This document shows, one piece after another, positions 17,119 to 25,226 of a stretch of DNA of 43,904 bases. The notes beneath the pieces are model-generated. The model was not told where the DNA came from, did not search any database, and saw only the letters and a program-made list of their open reading frames with translations. Numbering within the stretch: position 1 is the first letter of the stretch; the number at the start of each line of letters is the position of its first letter. The position numbers were made by a program, and so were the translations under genes. Origin of the DNA: Thermoplasmata archaeon (GTDB lineage Archaea; Thermoplasmatota; Thermoplasmata; Lutacidiplasmatales; UBA184); assembly GCA_030041735.1 (NCBI GenBank), contig JASIBA010000027.1:1-43904 (forward strand), given 5' to 3'.

Positions 17119-17880
17119 ATGCGGACGATCGGGGTGCTCGGCGGGATGGGCCCGGTGGCCACGGTGGAGTTCCTGCATCGCGTCCTCACCCTCAGTCAGC
17201 GCGAGCACGGCGCCGTGCAGGACGGAGAGTACCCGCCGATCCTCGCCTACTCGCTCTCGCTGCAGGGCTCGAGCGAACAGGGCGTGCGGAGCCCCCGCCT
17301 CCTCGCCCACGAGCTCGTCCATGGGATCGAGGCGCTCCAGCGGGGCGGGGCCGATTTCGTCGTCATCCCGTGCAACACGGCCCATCGGTTCGTGACCCGT
17401 CTGCGGCGGGCCGTGTCGATCCCGATCCTCAGCATCGTCGACCTCACCGTCCGGGAAGTGGCGCACCGCGATCGACGTCGCGTCGGCGTCCTCGCCTCCG
17501 AGAGTTCCCTGGCCGAAGGATTGTACGCCCGACCGCTGCTGTCCGAGCGGATCGTAGCGATCGACCCGACCGGCCCCGAGCGCGGGGAGCTCACCCGCGT
17601 CATTCTCAACGTGATGGGCGGCAGGCGCGCCCTGTCCGATCGCCTCGCGGTCCAGCGGATCGTCGAGCGGATGCGGCGCGTCGACGGGATCGATGGCATC
17701 ATCGTCGGATGCACCGAGCTCTCGCTCGTGCAGCCGGCGAGCGACTACAGCGTGGCCGCCGTCGACGCGATGGACGTGCTCGCCGAGGCCGCGGTCCGGA
17801 CGGCGTACGGCTCCGATGCGATCCCGGGGGCTCCCGGGCTGACGAGCCACGCGTCCGCCGCGCCCATTCTGGCCGGATGA
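17119..17880 (+). CDS. Aspartate/glutamate-type amino acid racemase family protein
   Basis: 'IGVLGGMGP', first catalytic-Cys block 'IPCNTAH', second 'GCTELSL'; about 253 aa. Confidence 0.85.
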   Translation: MRTIGVLGGMGPVATVEFLHRVLTLSQREHGAVQDGEYPPILAYSLSLQGSSEQGVRSPRLLAHELVHGIEALQRGGADFVVIPCNTAHRFVTRLRRAVSIPILSIVDLTVREVAHRDRRRVGVLASESSLAEGLYARPLLSERIVAIDPTGPERGELTRVILNVMGGRRALSDRLAVQRIVERMRRVDGIDGIIVGCTELSLVQPASDYSVAAVDAMDVLAEAAVRTAYGSDAIPGAPGLTSHASAAPILAG

Positions 17881-17931
17881 TCGGGGTCCGACGGCCCCCG
17901 GTGCCGGGAAGCGAGCCAGTTCGGACCGAAT

Positions 17932-17940
17932 CATAAATAT
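17932..17940 (+). promoter_or_regulatory. TATA-box-like element (CATAAATAT) upstream of the G1 peptidase gene
   Basis: It is the only AT-rich stretch in the intergenic region, centred about 38 nt upstream of the ATG at 17974. Confidence 0.5.
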
Positions 17941-17973
17941 GGGGACCGGGTCGGCGCCGCGAGGCTGCGTCCG

Positions 17974-18903
17974 ATGCGGAAGAGCACCGTCCTCGCGATC
18001 GTCCTGGCCGGAGTCCTCGCGGCGTCGGCGACCGCCTACGTGGCCTCGGTCGCGATCGCCACGCATGGGGGCGACGACACCTCGCCGCCGGTGGTGCCGG
18101 TGGCCCAGCTCCCTCACATCGGGCAACCGATCTCGGGGGCCACGGCGCTCGGCACCTCGGAGGCGACCGCGGTCGCCTGCCCTGAGCCGACCAGCGAATG
18201 CTCTTCGTCGTTCAACTGGGGCGGCTACATCGTGACGGCCGCCGCGGGCTCGGTCAGCGAGGTCTCCGGTAGCTGGAAGATCCCCGCCGTGACGGGCGCC
18301 GGCGGCACTTCGTGCCCGGACGCGCAGAAGGAGTGGCTGGCGAACGCGGTCTGGGTCGGGATCGACGGGTTCAACGACGGGACCGTGGAGCAGACCGGCA
18401 CGGAATCCGAGTGCTTCTACGGGCACGTCTACTACTACGCTTGGTACGAGTTCTACCCCGGGGCTCCCAAGACGGCTTCGTTCGCCGTCGCCGCGGGGGA
18501 CTCCATCTCGGCCTCGGTTACCTACACGGGGGTCACGCTGGCCGGCGTGCTGAAGTTCCAGACCACGCTGACCGACCTGACGACCGGGAACACGCTCACC
18601 AGCCCGAAGACCGGCGTGAGCGGAGCCGATCGGGACAGCGCCGAATGGATCAGCGAGTCGCCGTACTACGATGGGATCCTCGGGCTCACGCCGGTCTCGA
18701 CCGTGAAGTTCACCGGGGCCTCGGCCTCCATCGGCGGGGTCACCGGATCGATCGGGAGCTGGGGCACGAACGTGTACTGGGCGGTCCTGGTGGACTACTA
18801 CTTCCCCGACGATCCGGTCCTGAAGTACGTCAAGGATCTGCCGTCCGCCCTCAACAAGGCCGGCAACAGCTTCTCCTTCGCATGGAAGGGCTCCGGCCCG
18901 TAG
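17974..18903 (+). CDS. Peptidase family G1 (eqolisin / glutamic peptidase, Peptidase_A4) homolog, membrane-anchored or secreted
   Basis: N-terminal hydrophobic 'VLAIVLAGVLAASATAYVASVAI'. Also 'NWGGY', 'WVGIDGFNDGTVEQTG' (candidate catalytic Gln) and 'SAEWISE' (candidate catalytic Glu). Confidence 0.8.
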   Translation: MRKSTVLAIVLAGVLAASATAYVASVAIATHGGDDTSPPVVPVAQLPHIGQPISGATALGTSEATAVACPEPTSECSSSFNWGGYIVTAAAGSVSEVSGSWKIPAVTGAGGTSCPDAQKEWLANAVWVGIDGFNDGTVEQTGTESECFYGHVYYYAWYEFYPGAPKTASFAVAAGDSISASVTYTGVTLAGVLKFQTTLTDLTTGNTLTSPKTGVSGADRDSAEWISESPYYDGILGLTPVSTVKFTGASASIGGVTGSIGSWGTNVYWAVLVDYYFPDDPVLKYVKDLPSALNKAGNSFSFAWKGSGP

Positions 18904-18996
18904 TCCACCGTGGCCGGGTCCGCTGCCGCCCGCGGGGCACGGCGCCGGGCCGGCCGCGGGTCGGGTGGATGACGGAGATGCGCGGCCGGCGCTCGC

Positions 18997-19239
18997 TCAC
19001 GAGTTCGTCGGTTCCTGGGGCGGATCGTCGGAGCCCTTCGCGCCCTTCTTCACGCTCTGGCCGAATCCCTTGATCCCGCCCACGAGGCCCCGACCGGCCT
19101 TGCCGAGCGCCTCGCCGGTCTCCTTCGCGACGTGAGCCGTCTCGGCTCCCGCGCGCTGAACCGAGCCGACGGCCCGCCCGCACGCGCTGCAGCTCTTCGC
19201 CCCTTCCGCCAGCTCGGCCCCGCATCCTTCGCATTTCAT
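18997..19239 (-). CDS. Small zinc-ribbon protein (80 aa)
   Basis: 'MKCEGCGAELAEGAKSCSACG' (CxxC-N10-CxxC) followed by a Gly/Lys-rich tail. Uses the internal ATG of the longer track ORF. Confidence 0.55.
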   Translation of the reverse strand: MKCEGCGAELAEGAKSCSACGRAVGSVQRAGAETAHVAKETGEALGKAGRGLVGGIKGFGQSVKKGAKGSDDPPQEPTNS

Positions 19240-19273
19240 GGGTGGCCCCGTTCCCGGAACCCGATCCCCGTAT

Positions 19274-19984
19274 TCATCCCTTCGAGCGGGGCTCCTCACG
19301 GTCCCGGTCACCGGTCTCGTTGCCCGGCGCACGCCCCGCGGCGAGGATCGCCCGGACCTCTTCGTCGGAGACCGGGGCGAAGTCTCGGAACCATTCCCCC
19401 ACGGCCGACAAGTGGGCGGGCGTCCGAAGCACTTCGACGGCGTCGGCCTCGGCTCGGAGGGCCGGGATCGCGTCCGGCGGGGCCACGCCGAGCGCGACCA
19501 CGATCCGGTCCGGCCGCCGGCGACGGAGCGCCCGGAGCGCCGCGCGCATCGTGCCGCCGGTCGCCACGCCATCGTCCACCACGATCACGACGCGACCCTC
19601 CACGGGAACGATCGTGCGGCCGCTCCTCAGTTCGCGGGCCCGTCGGTCCACTTCGGCCCGGGCCCGCGCGACGATCGGATCCAGCTGTTCCCGGGAGTAG
19701 CCCTCGCGCCGGGCGCGTTCGAGGTCGAGCTCGACCAGGTCGGGCTCGGCCACCGCTCCGAGGCCATACTCCGGGAAGTCCGGCGCCCCGATCTTGCGGA
19801 CGACCAGGAGGTCGAGGTCGGCCCCGAGCGCCCGGGCGATCGCCCGGGCGACCGTCACGCCCCCTCGGGGTACCCCGAGGACCAGGGGGTTCCACGATCG
19901 GAGACCGATCAACCGGCGACCGAGCAGGTCGCCCGCCTCGGCTCGGTCGCGGAGGACTCGCGGCCGGTCGACGTCGGGCTCCAT
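19274..19984 (-). CDS. Phosphoribosyltransferase-family protein
   Basis: 'LVLGVPRGGVTVA' and the PRPP-binding loop 'VVIVVDDGVATGGT'. The ATG at 19984 was chosen because the upstream part of the track ORF lacks protein-like character. Confidence 0.75.
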   Translation of the reverse strand: MEPDVDRPRVLRDRAEAGDLLGRRLIGLRSWNPLVLGVPRGGVTVARAIARALGADLDLLVVRKIGAPDFPEYGLGAVAEPDLVELDLERARREGYSREQLDPIVARARAEVDRRARELRSGRTIVPVEGRVVIVVDDGVATGGTMRAALRALRRRRPDRIVVALGVAPPDAIPALRAEADAVEVLRTPAHLSAVGEWFRDFAPVSDEEVRAILAAGRAPGNETGDRDREEPRSKG

Positions 19985-20077
19985 CGATCGGCAGCGTAGC
20001 CGGCGGAACGACTTGGCTCTCTCCCCTCGACGGTCACTGCGGCAACCGTCAACTACCCCACGGGAGATCCGGGATCG

Positions 20078-20383
20078 ATGAGCGAGAACGGACCCCGGGA
20101 AGGCACGCGCGACCTCCCGCGCCGTGACCCCGAGGCCGGTCGCCGGGGCGTCGACGCGGGCTCGCTCACGGGAGCCGCGTACGACACCCACGGCCGCCAG
20201 CAGCGAAGGCGGACACGCGACGTCCTCGAGCTCGCGCGGGAGGGCCTCCCGCCCGAGGAGGTCGTCCGCCGGTATGGCCGCGACCACCCGGCCGAGCGCC
20301 CTCCGACCGTCGGCGAGGTCGAAGAGATCGTGGCCGCGGGGGGATCCGGGACCACGTCGTCCCGGGGCCGTCGCCCGGCCTGA
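20078..20383 (+). CDS. Hypothetical small protein (101 aa)
   Basis: ATG start and consistently high GC3. 'RDVLELAREGLPPEEVVRRYG' is helix-turn-helix-like. No family was recognised. Confidence 0.35.
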   Translation: MSENGPREGTRDLPRRDPEAGRRGVDAGSLTGAAYDTHGRQQRRRTRDVLELAREGLPPEEVVRRYGRDHPAERPPTVGEVEEIVAAGGSGTTSSRGRRPA

Positions 20384-20413
20384 CGGGAGATCGAAGGACC
20401 CCCGACGCGACGC

Positions 20414-21607
20414 TCAGCCGCGGAAGTCCACGTTGATGGCGCAGCACCGGACGCAGCCGGGATACAGCCCTCGCGCGTCGAGCTTCTCGCGGAACGTGCG
20501 CGCCTTGTCCCCGTTCCAGAGCTGCTCGATCGGGGCGTCCCGCACGTTCCCGATCGAGTAGGAGATCCACTGGTCGGGGCAGAACACCACCTCGCCGCTC
20601 GCCTTGATCGTCGGATTTCCCCACGGCCGACTGCAGTGCCCGACCACGCTGTAGTTGAGGTCCGAGTAGTAGCGCGCCGCTTGTTCCTCGTTGAGGTTCG
20701 GGCGGACGTCGACGCGGTAGGGGAAGTTCCGGCGCTGGACCTCCCGCAGCTCCCGCGCGACGCGACGGCCGTACTCCGCGCCGGGCACCGGCATCACGTG
20801 GGCGTCCGCCCCGTGGTCCTCGATCCCGAAGTCGGCCTTGAGCGCCTGCGCGTGGACCAGCGCCGTCGCCGGGTCGGCGAACCAGAGGTGCTGGAAGCGG
20901 ACCTCGTCGAACCCCACCGACCGCGCCGTCTCGACGACCTCGTTCATCCGGCCCAGGATCCCGCTGGTCACGGTGGAGTTCACGGCGAACAGCGGCGTCG
21001 TCCGATCCCCGCGGAGGGCGATCAGGCGGCGGATGGTCTCCGTGGTCTTCCGGAACATCCCCTGGCCCCGGATCGCGTCGTGCACATCCTCCGGGCCATC
21101 GATCGACACGACGATCGTCCGGACGCGGGCGGCGGCGATGCGCTCGAGCCAGCCCGGGCGCGAGTCGAGCAGGGTGCCGTTCGTCGTGAACGAGCACGTC
21201 ATCCCGAGCCGGGAGGCGTACTCCAGCACCTCGATCGTATCCGCCCGCGCGAAGGTCTCCGCTCCGGAGAGGTGGAGGTGCTCGACCTCGCCGCGGACCC
21301 CGTCGAGGATCCGGAAGATCTCGTCCTTCGTCAGCTGCTTCGACCACAACGGATCGCCGTTCCGGATGAGCGTGGGGGCGACCCCGTTGGTGCCGTACCA
21401 CCAGCACATCGGGCACCGCAGGTTGCACAGGATGGTCATCTCGATGTTCAGCGTGCGCAGCGGGCCCGCCTCGGGCGTCCGGAACAGATGGGAAAGACCG
21501 TCGCGGGCCCGGAGCCCCCGCCCGATCACGCGCGTGCGCGCCTCTCGCAGGGACATCCCGTCCATCGACCGACCGGCCACCGGCCCGGGGATCCGCGCCC
21601 GGGTCAC
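20414..21607 (-). CDS. Radical SAM protein with a SPASM/twitch-like C-terminal Cys cluster
   Basis: 'CNLRCPMC' (CxxxCxxC), 'CSRPWGNPTIKASGEVVFC' (GxxxxC) and 'CVRCC'. Confidence 0.85.
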   Translation of the reverse strand: MTRARIPGPVAGRSMDGMSLREARTRVIGRGLRARDGLSHLFRTPEAGPLRTLNIEMTILCNLRCPMCWWYGTNGVAPTLIRNGDPLWSKQLTKDEIFRILDGVRGEVEHLHLSGAETFARADTIEVLEYASRLGMTCSFTTNGTLLDSRPGWLERIAAARVRTIVVSIDGPEDVHDAIRGQGMFRKTTETIRRLIALRGDRTTPLFAVNSTVTSGILGRMNEVVETARSVGFDEVRFQHLWFADPATALVHAQALKADFGIEDHGADAHVMPVPGAEYGRRVARELREVQRRNFPYRVDVRPNLNEEQAARYYSDLNYSVVGHCSRPWGNPTIKASGEVVFCPDQWISYSIGNVRDAPIEQLWNGDKARTFREKLDARGLYPGCVRCCAINVDFRG

Positions 21608-21717
21608 CGGTCGTACGACGCGAGCGTGGAAAAAGGTCGCGGTGGCGGGGCGAGCGGCGGCGGGGGCACGCGGTCCCTCTCCCGGGGACTCTTCCGCGCG
21701 GGGGACTTGGCCCCGGC

Positions 21718-22392
21718 GTGCGCGTGCTGCTGTTCGGCGCTTCCGGCATGGTCGGCCAGGGCGTGCTCCGCGAGTGCCTCGCGGCCGCCGACGTGGAACG
21801 CGTGACCGCCGTGGTGCGCCGACCTCTCGGCGTCCCGGACGCGAAGCTCGAGGAGATTGTCGTGCCGGATCCCGGACGGCTGGAGGCGATCTCCGATCGC
21901 CTGACCGGGTACGACGCCTGCTTCTTTCCGCTCGGCACGACGTCCGTGGGAAAGAGCGAGGCCGAGTACGCGCGGGTCACCTACGATCTCACCCTCGGGG
22001 CGGCGACGACGATCGCGCGGGCCAATCCGGGTCGCCTCACGTTCGTGTACGTTTCCGGCGCCGGCACGGACAGTACCGAGCACGGTCCCCGGATGTGGGC
22101 GCGCGTCAAGGGCCGCACCGAGAACGCGCTCCTTCGGCTCCCGTTCCGCGGGGCCTACATGCTCCGACCGGGGCTCATCCAGGCCCGAGGAGGGATCCGC
22201 TCCCGCACCCGCGCGTACCGCATCGGGTACGCGCTGCTCAGCCCGATCGTCGTCCTCGCGGTCGCGCTGGGCGCCGGTACCACCACCGATCGTGTGGGGC
22301 GCGCGATGCTCCAGCTCGCCCGGGTCGGCTTTCCCCGTCCCATCCTCGACACGCGCGCGATCAACGAGATCGGCCGGGCCCCGCGGTCCTGA
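21718..22392 (+). CDS. NAD(P)-binding (atypical SDR / NmrA-like) protein
   Basis: Rossmann motif 'VLLFGASGMVG' at the N-terminus; about 224 aa. Confidence 0.75.
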   Translation: MRVLLFGASGMVGQGVLRECLAAADVERVTAVVRRPLGVPDAKLEEIVVPDPGRLEAISDRLTGYDACFFPLGTTSVGKSEAEYARVTYDLTLGAATTIARANPGRLTFVYVSGAGTDSTEHGPRMWARVKGRTENALLRLPFRGAYMLRPGLIQARGGIRSRTRAYRIGYALLSPIVVLAVALGAGTTTDRVGRAMLQLARVGFPRPILDTRAINEIGRAPRS

Positions 22393-22417
22393 CGCCGGGA
22401 CCCCCGGCATCGAACGC

Positions 22418-22433
22418 GTCAAGGTCACTTGAC
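22418..22433 (+). promoter_or_regulatory. Palindromic operator/UAS GTCAAggtcacTTGAC upstream of the GNAT gene
   Basis: Perfect 5+5 palindrome. After 6 nt comes the AT-rich TTCATTTGC (22440-22448). The ATG at 22480 lies exactly 46 nt after the motif. Confidence 0.5.
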
Positions 22434-22479
22434 GGGCCCTTCATTTGCCGCGTGGCGGCTCCCCCCGATCGGGGACGCC

Positions 22480-23118
22480 ATGAGGCCGGAGCCGGGCGGG
22501 GAACCGACGGGGTCCCGCGATCCCGTGGAGGTGGACGCGCTGCGCGACGGGACCCGCGTACGGATCCGCCCGCTCCAGACCGGCGATCGACCAGGAGTCG
22601 AGGAGTTCGCGCGGCGGCTCTCGCTGGAAGCGGTCGAGCTCCGGTACTTCGTCCCGCTCCCGCCCGCGCGCGTCGTCGAGGAGCTGCTCGGCTCGGACCG
22701 GGTCACCGGCCGATACGCGGCGCTCATGGAGACCGTCGGGCCGGGGCCCGTCCGGATCGTGGGGCACGCGGAGTACGTTCGACCGAAGGACGGACGCGCG
22801 GTGGCCGAGGCGGCCTTCGTGATCGCGGACTCGTTCCAGGGTCGGGGTGCCGCCACGCTCCTCCTCTGGCACCTGGCGGCCGTGGCCCGGTCCGAGGGCA
22901 TCCGGACCCTGGAAACGGTCGCGCTCCGGACGAACGCGGCCATGCTGCAGGTCTGTTTCGACGCCGGGTACCCCTTCTCGGTCGCGCTCGAGGAGGACAC
23001 GGTGCGGGTCTCGCTGGACATCTCGGGGGAACGACAGACCGCGCTCTCCTCCCTCGCCGACCGCCCGGAGGCGTTCCTCGAGCGGCGGGCTCGGCCCTCC
23101 ACTGGCCCGGCGGCCTGA
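22480..23118 (+). CDS. GNAT-family N-acetyltransferase (Pat-like acetyltransferase domain)
   Basis: 'IRPLQTGD...', 'FVIADSFQGRGAATLLLWHLAAVARSEGIRTL'. The ATG at 22480 is preferred over the TTG at 22429, which lies inside the palindrome. Confidence 0.75.
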   Translation: MRPEPGGEPTGSRDPVEVDALRDGTRVRIRPLQTGDRPGVEEFARRLSLEAVELRYFVPLPPARVVEELLGSDRVTGRYAALMETVGPGPVRIVGHAEYVRPKDGRAVAEAAFVIADSFQGRGAATLLLWHLAAVARSEGIRTLETVALRTNAAMLQVCFDAGYPFSVALEEDTVRVSLDISGERQTALSSLADRPEAFLERRARPSTGPAA

Positions 23119-23170
23119 GCCCGATGGTCCGGGCGCCGACGCCGGAGGGGTCGGACCGACCTCGCCCCGC

Positions 23171-23509
23171 CTACTCGACGAGCGATCGGACGAGCTGCAC
23201 AAAGGGAGCGGGGACGAGGGGGAGCCCGACCGGATGGACGCCACCCCCCGCGACGGCCAGCGGATCGCGCGAGCCCACGACCACGAGCTCGGGCCCGGCG
23301 AGCTCGCCGCGCAGGTAGGACCGGAGGGTCGGACAGTGTCCGCTGTTGGCCGCGGCCACGATGACGCGGACGCCCCGGAGCCCCGCGCGTTGGGCCGCGT
23401 CGACCTCCGGTGCGAACCGGGTGGGGACCCCGTAGGCGTCGAGCAGGTCCACGATCGCCCGCCCAAGGCTCGGGGTCTCGCCCACGACGAGGACCCGGGC
23501 CCCGTTCAT
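23171..23509 (-). CDS. Small receiver-like (pseudo-receiver) protein lacking the phospho-acceptor Asp
   Basis: The alternating beta/alpha pattern 'RVLVVGETPSLGRAIVDLL...VRVIVAAANSGHCPTL...ELVVVGSRD...' resembles CheY-like REC domains. The acidic pocket (GE instead of DD) and the Asp (Ala) are replaced. High GC3. Fold assignment is inference. Confidence 0.55.
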   Translation of the reverse strand: MNGARVLVVGETPSLGRAIVDLLDAYGVPTRFAPEVDAAQRAGLRGVRVIVAAANSGHCPTLRSYLRGELAGPELVVVGSRDPLAVAGGGVHPVGLPLVPAPFVQLVRSLVE

Positions 23510-23546
23510 ACCGGCCGCCGTCGCGCCCCGCCGATTTAGCCCGCCC

Positions 23547-23562
23547 GTGAACTTTACTTGAC
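23547..23562. promoter_or_regulatory. Palindromic site GTGAActttacTTGAC (minus strand: GTCAAgtaaagTTCAC) in the divergent pseudo-receiver/kinase intergenic region
   Basis: In the minus orientation it is followed by 7 nt, then CTAAATC (23539-23533), with the ATG at 23509 37 nt after the motif. The AT-rich spacer CTTTAC could serve as the TATA element for the plus-strand kinase gene (GTG 23589). Confidence 0.5.
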
Positions 23563-23588
23563 CCGCGCGCCGTAGCCGGCCCGCCGCC

Positions 23589-25061
23589 GTGCCCGAGACC
23601 GAACCGGACCCGGAACGCTCGCTCGCGCTCCTCGAGAGCGCCCCCGTAGGGATCGCGCTGCTGCGGGCCCCGGGCGTGGTCCGGTGGGCGAACGCGGCCT
23701 ACTTCGAGGTCACGGGCCGCTCCCGCGAGCTGCTCGGCAAGGACATCCACGACATCCTGGAGGCGGACGGGAGCTGGTCGGCTCCGATCCGCAGCGCGGT
23801 CGACGCGGCCCTCACGGCGGGCGCCGCCGCGACGTTCCGGAACGTGCGCGCCGTCTACCGGCCCCAGGCCGCGCCGGTCTACCTCGACGTCGACATCCGG
23901 CGCCTTCCCGGGCCGGACCGCCCGCCCGCGGAGGCGCTGCTGATGGTCCGCGACGTGACCGACCGGGTCGCCGAACGCGAGCGGGCCGACGTGTTCCAGC
24001 TGGCCTTCCGGAGCTCGACGAACGCGATGCAGCTGACCGACGCGCGCGGGATCATGGTCGACGTGAACCCGGCCTTCGAGCGGATCTACGGGTACTCTCG
24101 GGCCGAGTGCGTGGGCCGGAAGCCGAACCTCGTCCGGAGCCGGTACACGCCGGTCGAGCTGTACGAGCGGATGTGGGCCGACCTGAAGGACCCGAGCCGG
24201 GGCGCGTGGTCCGGCGAGCTGCTCAACCGCGACCGGTACGGTCGCGAGCACCCGGTTCTCCTCTCGATCACGGCGATCCGCGACGCCCGCGACGAGATCA
24301 CGCATTACCTCGGCGTGGCCGTCGACCGGACCGAGCAACGCGAGTGGGAGATGGCGTCCGCGCACATGGAGCGGCTGGCCTCCATGGGCCAGCTGGCGGC
24401 CGGGATCGCGCACGAGATCAACACGCCGATGGCGAACGTGATGCTCATCGCGGAGAGCCTCCGCCGACGGTCGTCCGACCCGGAGATCCGCCACCGGCTG
24501 GAGACGCTCCAGGGCCAGGTCGAGGTCGCGGCCCGCATCGTCCGCAGTCTGCTCGACTTCGCGCGCCGCGACGAGCCGACCGTGGCCGACGTGGACCTCG
24601 CGGAGATCGCGCGGGCGTCGGTGGGATTCCTCCGCGGCAAGCAGTCGATGGACGTCGAGGTCCTCGAGGACCTGCCCGACGGAGGCCTCCCGGTGCGGGG
24701 CGATCGGGGCCAGCTCATCCAGGTCGTGACGAACCTGCTCAACAACGCCTACGACGCGGAGCATGGGGAGGGACGCATCGTCGTACGCGGCCATCGGCGG
24801 GGCTCGTGGGCGGAGCTCGAGGTCCGCGACAACGGGCCCGGCATCCCGGAGGAAGCGCTCACCCATCTGTTCGAGCCGTTCTTCACGACCAAACCCGAGG
24901 GCGAGGGCACCGGGCTCGGCCTCGCCATCTGCCACGGGATCGTCCAATCGCACCACGGTTCGATCCGCGGTCAGAACCTCCCCGAAGGAGGGGCCTCGTT
25001 CGTGGTGGTGCTCCCGCTCCGGGAGGGCCGGGCCGTCTCGGCGGGCGGAACCCCCGCCTGA
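23589..25061 (+). CDS. Cytoplasmic PAS-domain sensor histidine kinase
   Basis: Two PAS-like regions ('[12 protein letters not shown]', '[38 protein letters not shown]'). H-box '[12 protein letters not shown]', N-box 'NLLNNAYDA', G-boxes 'DNGPGIP' and 'GTGLGLAI'. Confidence 0.9.
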   Translation: MPETEPDPERSLALLESAPVGIALLRAPGVVRWANAAYFEVTGRSRELLGKDIHDILEADGSWSAPIRSAVDAALTAGAAATFRNVRAVYRPQAAPVYLDVDIRRLPGPDRPPAEALLMVRDVTDRVAERERADVFQLAFRSSTNAMQLTDARGIMVDVNPAFERIYGYSRAECVGRKPNLVRSRYTPVELYERMWADLKDPSRGAWSGELLNRDRYGREHPVLLSITAIRDARDEITHYLGVAVDRTEQREWEMASAHMERLASMGQLAAGIAHEINTPMANVMLIAESLRRRSSDPEIRHRLETLQGQVEVAARIVRSLLDFARRDEPTVADVDLAEIARASVGFLRGKQSMDVEVLEDLPDGGLPVRGDRGQLIQVVTNLLNNAYDAEHGEGRIVVRGHRRGSWAELEVRDNGPGIPEEALTHLFEPFFTTKPEGEGTGLGLAICHGIVQSHHGSIRGQNLPEGGASFVVVLPLREGRAVSAGGTPA

Positions 25062-25086
25062 AGCCGGGACCGAGATCCCCCGGCCC

Positions 25087-25102
25087 GTCAATTCGGCTTC
25101 AT
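25087..25102 (+). promoter_or_regulatory. Degenerate copy of the palindromic site (GTCAAttcggcTTCAT) upstream of the DUF981-like gene
   Basis: Followed by 6 nt, then CCCAAGTAG (25109-25117), nearly identical to the arc promoter's CCCAAGTAC. An ATG at 25150 lies 47 nt after the motif. Confidence 0.45.
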
Positions 25103-25226
25103 GGAGCGCCCAAGTAGCGCGGGGCGCGATCCGTCGGCCGGTGAGACCCATGACGGAGCCGAGAACCTGCCCGAAGACCGAGCGATCGATCGCGGACCGA
25201 GGGACCGAGGACGGGAGGGAAGGACG

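Noticed and set aside
16974-17936. A 320-aa plus-strand ORF starting at a TTG about 28 nt downstream of the CTATATAG element, which would look like a leaderless gene.
   Set aside because: It overlaps the entire racemase gene in another frame. Its GC3 signal decays after about 28 codons and the translation is Arg-rich with no motifs. Only its first part may matter, as RNA rather than protein (see the orphan-TATA finding).
20053-20355. A minus-strand 100-aa ORF downstream of the radical SAM gene, considered as a possible RiPP precursor.
   Set aside because: It is Ser/Arg/Pro-rich with no leader/core organisation and no Cys/Gly-rich C-terminus. It lies antisense to a plus-strand ORF with a better codon signal. 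Nothing supports it.
25101-25226. N-terminal extension of the DUF981-like protein from the ATG at 25101 (the longest ORF).
   Set aside because: The ATG overlaps the right half-site of the operator copy (TTCATgg) and lies upstream of the TATA-like box. The extension is hydrophilic and unstructured-looking. The ATG at 25227 has a strong SD at ideal spacing.
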